From: an uncultured Bacteroidales bacterium
Lineage (GTDB): Bacteria > Bacteroidota > Bacteroidia > Bacteroidales > UBA10428
Direction: 5' to 3'
Assembly (NCBI GenBank): GCA_964521285.1
Contig: CAZFQS010000004.1
Span: forward strand, 8,115 to 72,114
Length of the DNA: 64,000 nucleotides
Part shown: positions 45,272 through 54,574 of the stretch, piece after piece
Layout of the letters: each line of letters opens with the position of its first letter
Numbering within the stretch: position 1 is the first letter of the stretch
Translations under genes and position numbers: made by a program
Notes under the pieces: generated by a model
Told to the model about the DNA's origin: nothing
Seen by the model: the letters and a program-made list of their open reading frames with translations, nothing else
Database searches by the model: none

Positions 45272-46514
45272 CCCTTTGATAATTAGTATTTTTATCAAAT
45301 CCTTCTATTCTGAATTTTGGATTGTATCCTATTAATTTTCTCACCTGCTTTATAGAAAAGAGATTATAAAAAACAGGTAATAAATAGTTTGTATCAGGCT
45401 TCCAGTTAATCAGGTACTTTATAAGTTTCTTGTCATTACTTATTAGTTTATGTAAAGGAGTACCCGGATATACCCTGTAATATGAATTTACTCCGACAGT
45501 TTCCACAGGCTGTTTATTTAAAAAATCTATCATTTCTTTTGTTTGCTGTATTTTTTCATAGGGATGACCTATAGACAAATCTATGGCTATTTTAATTGTT
45601 TCATTACCTGCAAGTCTGAAAAATTCTGCCAGTCTTTTATAAGATTCAGCACCTGATGTTTTTGTATCGATGCTAAGTGTTATTAGTGTTGCTCCTGATA
45701 TTTTAAGCCACCTGAACAAATCAGCGGAAAATGGTTCGGGTTTCATGTAGAGAGTCCAGTTTACCGGCCCGGCATATTCAATAATTGCTTTACAGATGTT
45801 TATACAATGGTCAAGATTAAGATTAAACTCGCTGTCGCACAGATGGAAATGAAAATAACCTCTTTGTTTCAATTCATAGATTTCTCTGCCAACAGATTCA
45901 GGGGTACTATAAATTATTTGTGTTTTACCTTCAGTACAAAAGAAACAATTATCAGTACAGCCTGTTTGTGTGCGAAAACCAACTATTCCATCCTTTTTAA
46001 TATATTCAGAATAGTCAATTATCTTGGTCCGGATAAACTCATATTTATTATCAGTAAAAAAACTGAACCCGTCGCTTAATGCAGGTACGGATTCCCCTTT
46101 TTCAAGGTCATCCAGCAACTTTACAAGAGCCAGTTCGCCTGGCCCGCAAACACCATAATCTGCTCCTGTATAATTCAGTATTTCTGAAGGCATTATAGAA
46201 TATCCGACACCTCCCAGTACAACTTTCAGGTTCATCTTTTTGCATATTTCAACATATTCCTTTACCTCATAAATAAAGAACTCATTAAACTGGTAGAGTA
46301 CTGTATCAATATGTCTTATCGAGATACCGGCAATATCGGGTTTGATTTCATTTATTTTGTTTACTAATTCCTGCAACGGATTTTCGGAAAAACATAAATC
46401 CAGTACATATGCATCATGAATGGATTTTTGCAGATGTCCGTATAAATATTCTAATCCTGCTGGTATAACTGGAGGGTAATGATAACGATTGGCATTTATC
46501 AGCAAAATTCTCAT
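45264..46514 (-). CDS. B12-binding-domain radical SAM protein (class B), function unknown
   Basis: The N-terminal Rossmann-like cobalamin-binding region is 'MRILLINAN......P.GLEYL', with 'KVVLGGVG'. The radical SAM motif is 'TGCTDNCFFCTEG' (CxxxCxxC). Its stop overlaps the convergent SorE-like gene by 8 nt. Confidence 0.75.
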   Translation of the reverse strand: MRILLINANRYHYPPVIPAGLEYLYGHLQKSIHDAYVLDLCFSENPLQELVNKINEIKPDIAGISIRHIDTVLYQFNEFFIYEVKEYVEICKKMNLKVVLGGVGYSIMPSEILNYTGADYGVCGPGELALVKLLDDLEKGESVPALSDGFSFFTDNKYEFIRTKIIDYSEYIKKDGIVGFRTQTGCTDNCFFCTEGKTQIIYSTPESVGREIYELKQRGYFHFHLCDSEFNLNLDHCINICKAIIEYAGPVNWTLYMKPEPFSADLFRWLKISGATLITLSIDTKTSGAESYKRLAEFFRLAGNETIKIAIDLSIGHPYEKIQQTKEMIDFLNKQPVETVGVNSYYRVYPGTPLHKLISNDKKLIKYLINWKPDTNYLLPVFYNLFSIKQVRKLIGYNPKFRIEGFDKNTNYQRVN

Positions 46515-46526
46515 ATGCTGTTCACA

Positions 46527-47012
46527 CTACTCTATAGTTATGACATATCCGTCGCTTCTCAAATTTTCAGCAACGCTCTGGGCATATTCAAAATCAAAAT
46601 AAACTTTTGGCTTATTCTTTGCAAAAACAGGATATCTTCCTACAGCATCTTCAGAATTAAGATAATTATAACCTACAAGAAACAAATCGGTGGTGGCAAG
46701 TTTAAGCTTATATACAGGTCTGTGTTTACAAATTTCCAGTACTTCTATAAGTTCATATTTACTTATATCAGGCTCCTGCTTAAGCTTAATGGTTTTGATA
46801 ATCTCGTCACTAAAAGGCTCCTTGGTGAAATGCAGGTTAAAGTTCTTTACATAGCACGATAAGACTACAGCCTCATCGCGTATAACTGCAGGTTTGTTTT
46901 CGTCTCCTACAAGACGAACATGTATACCATTGCGTGAAAAGAGACTTTTTAGCCTCTTGTTACGCCTGGTTACCATTTCTTCTAAAGACTCATTTTTCCT
47001 CATCATCGGCAA
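46527..47012 (-). CDS. Hypothetical 161-aa protein, first gene of the B12-rSAM cassette
   Basis: An ORF 12 nt upstream of the rSAM gene on the same strand. It has a basic N-terminus and no signal peptide or recognisable motif. Confidence 0.4.
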   Translation of the reverse strand: MPMMRKNESLEEMVTRRNKRLKSLFSRNGIHVRLVGDENKPAVIRDEAVVLSCYVKNFNLHFTKEPFSDEIIKTIKLKQEPDISKYELIEVLEICKHRPVYKLKLATTDLFLVGYNYLNSEDAVGRYPVFAKNKPKVYFDFEYAQSVAENLRSDGYVITIE

Positions 47013-47190
47013 ATAACAATAATTGCTAAAAACGATTTATAATAAAAATCATTAGATTAATGGATAATTAGTACTGTTCTACTTAGGTCTATTAGAATGC
47101 TAAGATAATTAAAATCTATTTTAAAATAAAAAGTTTATTATAAATAATTGTTAAAATTACTTTTATTAAATACTTAAATGCCTCAGATAC

Positions 47191-48345
47191 TCATTCCATA
47201 TCTTCCTTCAACATATTTCTGAGATAATAATTAATATTTGTTTTCCATGGTTTGGAACAGATATCAATATCTCCGTCATTATCAACATCGGCAGCCACAG
47301 CATCAAAACACTCTGTATCGGTCAGCACCTCGTGCCTTGTCCATTCCAGTCCCACACTATCAGTATTTTCCCAGATAAAGCATCTTTTATGCAGTTCGCC
47401 TGTTTCAGGACCGCCCCCTGAAAATATATCCAGGTCACCATCATTATCGAAGTCAGCTACACATAATGAATGCAAATCCTGGTTCGTCTCATAGTCAATT
47501 TTATGGGTAAACCAGTTTTTACCAAGACCGTCTTTGTTTGCATGCCATGCTATTTTTCCGTTCGGATTGTTTGACTCTGCCTGAATTATATCTATGTCCC
47601 CGTCTGCATCGAAATCAAGAGTCAGTATCCTTGAAGAGTTTGCATATTTGCCTTTGCTTTCTACAAAACTTAGTGTTCTGTGTACTGTCCATTTACTACC
47701 GTCACCGTTAATGTTTTCATACCACAGATTTGACCTTACAATATCGTTATCTCCATCGTTATCAATATCGGCTATGCCATTTGGATATATTCCGCCTGTT
47801 ATCCCCTCTCCTATTTTTACCTTTTTCCATTTTTTAAATGGCTTTAGCGAAACATCATACCAGAAAAGACCTTCCTGCTCGCTTAGTGCCACCAGGTCCG
47901 TTTTCCCATCACCGTTAATATCTCCGGTAATATTATCATAGGCATATATTGCCCCGTTTTCATACCTGGTGAAACCCTCCTTTGGATTTCCTGTATTATG
48001 ATACCATGTACCTCCTGAAACCTGGTCAAGATAGCCGTCGCCATCCACATCAAAGACCACACCTCCTTTGTCAGTCAGTGTATATTCTCCGATGAGATGT
48101 TTGGTCCACTTATCTGCTGCCTGGTATTCAAACCAGTACACCGAATTCCCCCCGGAACCAACAATCCAGTCCAAATCGCCGTCATTGTCAATGTCCGCCA
48201 GGGATGACTGCCCCAATAATCCCTCATCAACAGAACCTATCTCATAATATTTAAACTCAGGGATCTGGCTATGTACAGAAATAACAAGACCCAAAATAAA
48301 AATTAGAGCCTTAAGAACTTTAAGAATTTCCGTTAAATATTTCAT
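47191..48345 (-). CDS. Secreted FG-GAP/VCBS-repeat (seven-bladed beta-propeller) protein
   Basis: Signal peptide present. Seven Ca-binding-like repeats: 'DIDNDGDLD', 'DVDGDGYLD', 'DINGDGKTD', 'DIDNDGDND', 'DFDADGDID', 'DFDNDGDLD', 'DVDNDGDID'. Confidence 0.8.
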   Translation of the reverse strand: MKYLTEILKVLKALIFILGLVISVHSQIPEFKYYEIGSVDEGLLGQSSLADIDNDGDLDWIVGSGGNSVYWFEYQAADKWTKHLIGEYTLTDKGGVVFDVDGDGYLDQVSGGTWYHNTGNPKEGFTRYENGAIYAYDNITGDINGDGKTDLVALSEQEGLFWYDVSLKPFKKWKKVKIGEGITGGIYPNGIADIDNDGDNDIVRSNLWYENINGDGSKWTVHRTLSFVESKGKYANSSRILTLDFDADGDIDIIQAESNNPNGKIAWHANKDGLGKNWFTHKIDYETNQDLHSLCVADFDNDGDLDIFSGGGPETGELHKRCFIWENTDSVGLEWTRHEVLTDTECFDAVAADVDNDGDIDICSKPWKTNINYYLRNMLKEDME

Positions 48346-49850
48346 AGTGCTGTCTCCTTTTCAAATACAAAATATTGCCACGGATTTAATGTTAGGCCAA
48401 AACCCGTCCCAAATAAAACTGTTGAATCAGTGAATAGTTCTTTCAATGTGCCTAAATCCTTTGTCAGGCTGAGTGTATAATCCTGCAGATCTTCACTTAA
48501 ATTACAAATGACCAGCAATCTATCCTCGTCGTTCATCCTTACAAACGCAAATACACTGCTATCAGCCGGTGATGAGATCACTTCCAGCTTTCCTCCTTCT
48601 GCTCCGTTACACAGAGTCTTGTTGCGCTTCTTCAGACGGATTAGCGACTTGTAAAAGTCGCTGTAACCATAATCGCCCCAGGTAATGCTGTCTTTAAGAA
48701 AAAATTCAAGCCTCCTGTTAAAGGCCGATTCCTGCCCGTTATAAATAAGTAACATATCAGGCAGGGTTGCAGCCAGCACTGCAAAGGTCCGTGCGCCATC
48801 TCCCATTCGTTCAAACTCAGTGCCGCTCCATGAGTTCTCATCATGATTTGAGGTGAATTGCATAAGGTATGAATCATAGGGATACACAGAATCCACCCAT
48901 TTAAAATGCTCAGCTATGCTGTAGGCGTTTTTCTCTTTACTTGCTATGTCATTGAAAATATGATGCAGTTTCCAGTCATAGCTCATATCAAATGCCTTTT
49001 TATGATGCTCCGGTTTGTCCGCTTCGGCAAGCATGAAAACGGGTTTAATACTGTCAAGAGGTGCGCGGATTTCATCCCAGAAATCAGAGGGGACCCATGC
49101 TGCTGCATCACAACGGTAACCATCCACATCAAATTCAGATACCCAGAACTTAAAAATCTGCTTAAATTCATTTCGGAGGTCTTTATTATCGAAATTTAAA
49201 TCTGCAACATCCCACCAGTCAGTTTCCTCATGATGAATCGGATATGTCATGTTAAGCTTTTCCAGTCTTTTAAAATATTCAGGATGTTCATTCATCCATT
49301 CCTTTTTCCATGGTTTACTTCCCTCTTCAACCCGTGTATAATATTCAGGATGATTTTCCACCCACTTATGATCCCAGGCTGTATGGTTAACTGCTATATC
49401 AAGAATAATAAACATTCCAAGTTTATGAATTTCATTAACCAGTGATTTAAAATCCTCTAATGTTCCAAACTCAGGATTAACCGAAAGATAGTCTTTTGTA
49501 GAGTAATAGCTGCCCAGATATTTTCCCCGTTCAAGCGGATCTTTCACCTCCTCAGTTAACAGTGTCTGCGTAGCTTTTCTGTTCAGTTCTCCTATAGGGA
49601 ATATCGGCATTAGCCAGAGGATATCAACTCCCAGTTCTTTAAGTCTGGGCAGATCTTTTTCAAATGCCTTAAATGTTCCTTCAGGTGAATACTGCCTGAT
49701 GTTTACCTCGTATATGACAGCATTGCGCGTCCATTCAGGGTGATTTACAGCTGACCTGTCTTTTATTTCCTTAGTATCAGTACATCTGAATAAAATAACA
49801 AACATCAGGATGAAAACACCGATTATTAAATACCTGCCTGATTTTTTCAT
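48342..49850 (-). CDS. GH13 alpha-amylase-family enzyme, secreted
   Basis: GH13 conserved regions are present: 'DIAVNHTA', 'VDGYRCDAA', 'FMLAEA', 'FTSNHD'. 'GVDILWLMPIFP' is also present. Confidence 0.85.
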   Translation of the reverse strand: MKKSGRYLIIGVFILMFVILFRCTDTKEIKDRSAVNHPEWTRNAVIYEVNIRQYSPEGTFKAFEKDLPRLKELGVDILWLMPIFPIGELNRKATQTLLTEEVKDPLERGKYLGSYYSTKDYLSVNPEFGTLEDFKSLVNEIHKLGMFIILDIAVNHTAWDHKWVENHPEYYTRVEEGSKPWKKEWMNEHPEYFKRLEKLNMTYPIHHEETDWWDVADLNFDNKDLRNEFKQIFKFWVSEFDVDGYRCDAAAWVPSDFWDEIRAPLDSIKPVFMLAEADKPEHHKKAFDMSYDWKLHHIFNDIASKEKNAYSIAEHFKWVDSVYPYDSYLMQFTSNHDENSWSGTEFERMGDGARTFAVLAATLPDMLLIYNGQESAFNRRLEFFLKDSITWGDYGYSDFYKSLIRLKKRNKTLCNGAEGGKLEVISSPADSSVFAFVRMNDEDRLLVICNLSEDLQDYTLSLTKDLGTLKELFTDSTVLFGTGFGLTLNPWQYFVFEKETAL

Positions 49851-49911
49851 GATTTATATCTTTTAAATTTCAAATATTATATTGAATTTAATAATGATAC
49901 TTTTACTGGTT

Positions 49912-52221
49912 TTATTTTAAAATGTCAACTTCCAGATGCTTTGTCAGCACGTAATCATTATCATAAACCTGCAAATTTACAGCAGTATCGGAATGATTAC
50001 TAAAACTTACTTTTTCTTTTGAAACCAGCACTTCAACTATACTCTCCCTGAAAAAAACACGGAAAGAATAACTGGTCCAGTTACGAGGAATAAGAGGATT
50101 GAAACTTAGTTTGTCATTTTTCACACGCAGGCCTCCAAAACCAAGTACTATTGCCATCCATGTGCCAGCCATACTTGTTATGTGAAGTCCTTCCCTTACT
50201 TCATTATTATAATCATCCAGGTCCAGGCGGGATGTCCTCAGGTATAACTTATAGGCTTTCTCTGTATAACGTATCCGGGAAGCAATAACGGAATGTATGC
50301 AGGAAGATAAAGATGACTCATGCACAGTACGGGGCTCATAAAAATCAAAGTTCCTGCGAATTGTTGCGAGTTCATACTGATTTTCGAAAATAAAGAGTCC
50401 CTGTAAGACATCGGCCTGTTTTATAAAGCATGAGCGCAGTATACGGTCCCAGGACCACTTCTGGTTGATAGGTCTTTCCCCGGGCAGGAGGTCATTTACT
50501 GTTTTCAGTTCCTTTTCAAGGTACCCATCCTGCTGCACAAAGATGCCCAATTCTTCATTAACCGGGAAATGCATATTTTCGATTATTTCCTTCCACTTTC
50601 CGGTTTCGGCTTTTTCATCAAATGACCATTTATTCACAATTTCCTTGTATCGTTGGGGTGAGCTGGTTTTTACATATTCAATGCTTTCATTGGTATATTT
50701 AAGGCACCACGAGGCAATTGTATTTGTAAACCAGTTATTGTTTACATTATTTTCATACTCATTGGGACCTGTAACACCCAGGATAACGTATTTCTTCCTT
50801 ACCTGGGAAAAAGAAACCCTCTGGCTCCAGAACCTTGATATGCCAATAAGCACTTCCAGTCCGTGTTCTGACAGGTATTTTTTGTCACCTGTATAATTAA
50901 TATAATTGTAGATAGCATAGGCTATGGCTCCGTTACGGTGTATTTCCTCAAAAGTAATTTCCCATTCGTTATGGCATTCCTCCCCATTCATAGTAACCAT
51001 AGGATATAGGGCCGCCCCGTCCTTAAATCCCAGTTTCCGTGCATTTTCAATAGCTTTTTCCAGATGCTTATATCTGTATACTAATAAGTTACGTGTAACT
51101 GATGCCGGGGCAGTACTAAGAAAGAAAGGTACACAAAAAGCCTCAGTGTCCCAGTATGTCGATCCCCCGTATTTCTCCCCTGTAAATCCTTTTGGGCCTA
51201 TATTTAGCCCGGGATCATCACCCCTGTATGTCTGATTTAACTGGAAAATATTAAACCGTATACCCTGCTGTGCTTCTTTATCACCATCAATTTTAATATC
51301 ACTTTGCTGCCAGATAGTATCCCATACCTGAATGTGATCATTATATAGTTTTTTAAATCCGGTTTTTAGAGCCATATCTGCTTTGGTTTGAGCTTCCGCT
51401 TTAATATTTTCAGGTGCACAGTATAATGAATTAACTACAGCCACATATTTTATTATTATTACCGGTTCACCTTTGTTAAGCTTTATTGATACTGAATTTC
51501 CAGCATATTTATCTGTTTTGTCCGCTTTTGCACCAAAGCTGGCAGGTTTTCCGCTTACCAGAATCTGGTATTTCATAGCAAAACCTGCAACAAAACCTGT
51601 TTTTTTTGTTACTGCTTCAATATATGCTGTTCCCTGCGCAGAATCAGTTACAGTGACATCCCAGAATACTTCATCATAGTTTGCATCCTCGTTACGGATG
51701 TCACCATTAAGATAAGGGGCAAGATCCATAGTGCCGCTGAAATTTAGAGGTTTAACAGTATATCTGATAACACTCAGATCAGGATTATTCATACTGAGGA
51801 ACCTGATACATTCTACTTCAACTTTCTTTTGCTTTTTATTTTCTGCTGTAAAAGCTCTTGACAGGGTTCCTTCTTTCATATTCAGAACCCGGGAAAACTT
51901 TAGAGTCTTCCAGACATTAAGATCGAGCATTTCTTTATCCACCATAACATTTATTCCGGTCCAGTTAGGCGCATTCAATACCTTGGCAAAATACTCGGGA
52001 TACCCGTTTTTCCACCAGCCAACCCTGGTCTTGTCAGGATAATAAATTCCTGCAATATAAGAACCGGGCAGTGAATCACCTGAATAGGCCTCTTCGAAGT
52101 TGGCCCTCTGCCCCATTCTGCCATTTCCCAGGCTGAAAATACTTTCAGATGACCTTTGATTATTGTGATCTAAGTGGTCTTCAATAATACACCATGGATC
52201 AACTTTCAGGTATTTATTCAT
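49912..52221 (-). CDS. GH65 alpha-glucoside phosphorylase (maltose/kojibiose/trehalose phosphorylase family)
   Basis: 'ESIFSLGNGRMGQRANFEE', 'GPKGFTGEKYGGSTYWDTE' and 'HITSMAGTW' are typical of GH65. Length is 769 aa. Confidence 0.85.
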   Translation of the reverse strand: MNKYLKVDPWCIIEDHLDHNNQRSSESIFSLGNGRMGQRANFEEAYSGDSLPGSYIAGIYYPDKTRVGWWKNGYPEYFAKVLNAPNWTGINVMVDKEMLDLNVWKTLKFSRVLNMKEGTLSRAFTAENKKQKKVEVECIRFLSMNNPDLSVIRYTVKPLNFSGTMDLAPYLNGDIRNEDANYDEVFWDVTVTDSAQGTAYIEAVTKKTGFVAGFAMKYQILVSGKPASFGAKADKTDKYAGNSVSIKLNKGEPVIIIKYVAVVNSLYCAPENIKAEAQTKADMALKTGFKKLYNDHIQVWDTIWQQSDIKIDGDKEAQQGIRFNIFQLNQTYRGDDPGLNIGPKGFTGEKYGGSTYWDTEAFCVPFFLSTAPASVTRNLLVYRYKHLEKAIENARKLGFKDGAALYPMVTMNGEECHNEWEITFEEIHRNGAIAYAIYNYINYTGDKKYLSEHGLEVLIGISRFWSQRVSFSQVRKKYVILGVTGPNEYENNVNNNWFTNTIASWCLKYTNESIEYVKTSSPQRYKEIVNKWSFDEKAETGKWKEIIENMHFPVNEELGIFVQQDGYLEKELKTVNDLLPGERPINQKWSWDRILRSCFIKQADVLQGLFIFENQYELATIRRNFDFYEPRTVHESSLSSCIHSVIASRIRYTEKAYKLYLRTSRLDLDDYNNEVREGLHITSMAGTWMAIVLGFGGLRVKNDKLSFNPLIPRNWTSYSFRVFFRESIVEVLVSKEKVSFSNHSDTAVNLQVYDNDYVLTKHLEVDILK

Positions 52222-52885
52222 TTTTCTTTGTTTTTGGCAGGTTCACAACATTATCAATAACAATTTCTTTAAATGAGGAAATAACCATATCGGCTTTGTA
52301 CAATATGTGTTTATCCCCTACACCTACTGCAAACATTTGTCCTGCATGGGCCGCTTCAATACCGGCTATTGCATCTTCAAATACAACACAGCCCTGCGGC
52401 TCCACCCCCAGTTCTTCAGCACATTTCAGGAATACTTCCGGATCTGGTTTGGCGCGGGTTACAACCGTACCATCAACAATACAATCGAACAAATAGGTTA
52501 GTCCGATCCTTTCAAGCAATAATCGCGCATTTTTACTGGCCGATGCCAATGCCATATATAATTTCTTGTTTTTCACATCTTCCAGGAACTTCAAAACACC
52601 AGGTAAAATCTCATCCGGAGTGATCCTTTTTATATATTCAACATACCATTTGTTCTTCAGGTCAGTTAATTGTTGTTTTTCTTTTTCCGGCACATCTTCA
52701 TTGCATATCCGAAGCAATATATTCAGGGATTCGACCCGGCTCACTCCCTTCAATTGTTCATTATCATGGATAGAAAAATCTTTATTAAACTTCTCTTTAG
52801 CCAGCCGTTTCCATGCAAGGTAATGATATTTTGCAGTATCAACAATAACACCATCAAGATCGAATATGCATGTGGTTATCTTCAT
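52214..52885 (-). CDS. pgmB: Beta-phosphoglucomutase
   Basis: HAD motifs 'CIFDLDGVIVDT', 'ALASASKN' and 'VVFEDAIAGIEAA'. The gene is coupled to GH65 by an 8-nt overlap. Confidence 0.85.
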   Translation of the reverse strand: MKITTCIFDLDGVIVDTAKYHYLAWKRLAKEKFNKDFSIHDNEQLKGVSRVESLNILLRICNEDVPEKEKQQLTDLKNKWYVEYIKRITPDEILPGVLKFLEDVKNKKLYMALASASKNARLLLERIGLTYLFDCIVDGTVVTRAKPDPEVFLKCAEELGVEPQGCVVFEDAIAGIEAAHAGQMFAVGVGDKHILYKADMVISSFKEIVIDNVVNLPKTKKNE

Positions 52886-54387
52886 AATTTGGCTTTTTTA
52901 TCTTCAACCCGTAATGTGATAAGGCCTGCAATGACCATCGATATACCACCCAGAACAAGCGCAAAAATAGCTTCCCCTTTAAACAAATGACGTACAAGGG
53001 CTCCGAGTATGCTTGCTGCCAGTATTTGAGGTATGACAATAAAAAAGTTAAAAATCCCCATATAAACACCCATTTTATTCTGTGGTAATGACCCTGTGAG
53101 TATAGCATAGGGCATAGCCAGGATGCTTGCCCATGCAAACCCGATACCCAGTTCCGATATGAGCAGCATGTTCGGATTCTTAATAAAATAAAAAGATGCC
53201 AGTCCGATACCACCAAAGGTTAATGCAATAAGGTGTGTAATTTTTCGGTTGGTTAAACGGGCCAGCACAGGTAACAAAAATGCCATTAATGCAGCAAAAC
53301 CGTTATACACAGCCATTAAAACTCCTACCCAGTTTGCACCTTTGTTATAGGCCTCAGATACGGTATCAGAGGCTCCGAAAATATGTCTTGTCACTGCAGG
53401 AGTACTGTATATCCACATGGCAAAAAGTGCAAACCAGGAAAAGAATTGAACAAAGGCAAGCTGGCCCATAGTTTTGGGCATATGAAAGAGGTCCTCGATA
53501 ATATTTACCAGTCCGTTTGTCCTTTTTTCCCTCATAAAGTTCCATGTAATGAACTGTATGATACCAAAAAATACAAATCCGAAAGAAAGGATAAGCAATT
53601 CCTTTTCCCAGTTCATCCTGATTAACAGCAAGGAAAGTACAAGTCCGGTTAGAATCCATATAAGGCTGTTTCTTAAATAGTTTATCTTTTTTGAATATCC
53701 CTGCTGAGAAGAACTGCCTTTTTGCGAATTATTTTCATTCTTGTTTTCAAATTTTGCCAGCTGCCCGGGAGAATACTCCTTGGTTGAAAATACTGTCCAT
53801 ACGACAGCAAGCAAAAATACTGTCGCTCCTATATAGAAACTGAATGTAACAGAATCAGCCTGTTTTCCCCCTGCCGGTTGATTTGAAACGCTAAACCATT
53901 CTGTCATCATCCAGGTCAGGGCTGAAGCAATAACTGCACCGGTACCTATAAAAAAGCTTTGCATGGCAAATCCTTTGGTACGCTGCTCATCAGGAAGCAT
54001 ATCTCCGACAAAAGCCCTGAAAGGTTCCATTGAAATATTTATTGAGGCATCCATAATCCACAGCATGCCGGCAGCAACCCATAAGCTTGGAGAATTCGGC
54101 ATCATTATCAGCGCGCATGATGCAAGGATGGCACCTATCAGAAAATAGGGCCTCCTTCGGCCCAGCCTGTTCCATGTGTGATCACTCAAATACCCGATGA
54201 CAGGTTGTACAAGCAATCCGGTTACAGGTGCAGCGACCCATAATATCGGTATACTTTCCACCGAGGCGCCAAGGGTCTGAAATATGCGGCTTACGTTTGC
54301 ATTCTGAAGAGCAAATCCGAACTGTATTCCGAGAAAGCCGAATGACATATTCCAGATTTGCCAGAAAGACAGTTTTGGTTTTTTCAT
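52882..54387 (-). CDS. MFS sugar transporter (SLC45/sucrose-maltose symporter-like)
   Basis: Twelve-TM profile. 'GFLGIQFGFALQNAN' and 'IGYLSDHTWNRLGRRRPYFLIGA' are present. It is the first gene of the maltose operon. Confidence 0.8.
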   Translation of the reverse strand: MKKPKLSFWQIWNMSFGFLGIQFGFALQNANVSRIFQTLGASVESIPILWVAAPVTGLLVQPVIGYLSDHTWNRLGRRRPYFLIGAILASCALIMMPNSPSLWVAAGMLWIMDASINISMEPFRAFVGDMLPDEQRTKGFAMQSFFIGTGAVIASALTWMMTEWFSVSNQPAGGKQADSVTFSFYIGATVFLLAVVWTVFSTKEYSPGQLAKFENKNENNSQKGSSSQQGYSKKINYLRNSLIWILTGLVLSLLLIRMNWEKELLILSFGFVFFGIIQFITWNFMREKRTNGLVNIIEDLFHMPKTMGQLAFVQFFSWFALFAMWIYSTPAVTRHIFGASDTVSEAYNKGANWVGVLMAVYNGFAALMAFLLPVLARLTNRKITHLIALTFGGIGLASFYFIKNPNMLLISELGIGFAWASILAMPYAILTGSLPQNKMGVYMGIFNFFIVIPQILAASILGALVRHLFKGEAIFALVLGGISMVIAGLITLRVEDKKAKL

Positions 54388-54499
54388 TTATTATCAGTCA
54401 TTAATTTCAATAGTTTATAAATATAATAAGAAAGCTTAAGATTGCAATTATATAAGTTAAATCATAGAGATTTTCAATAATAAGCAAACATAATACTCA

Positions 54500-54531
54500 T
54501 TTGCTAATTGTTATGGAAAAGTTTAATTTTA
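54500..54531 (+). promoter_or_regulatory. Candidate Bacteroidota promoter (-33 TTTG, 20-nt spacer, -7 TAATTTTA)
   Basis: TTTG at 54500..54503 and TAATTTTA at 54524..54531 (one mismatch to TAnnTTTG), about 45 nt upstream of the ATG at 54575. Confidence 0.3.
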
Positions 54532-54574
54532 GGTAGAGATCAATCTACAGAAAATTTTTAAAACAATAAAACTG

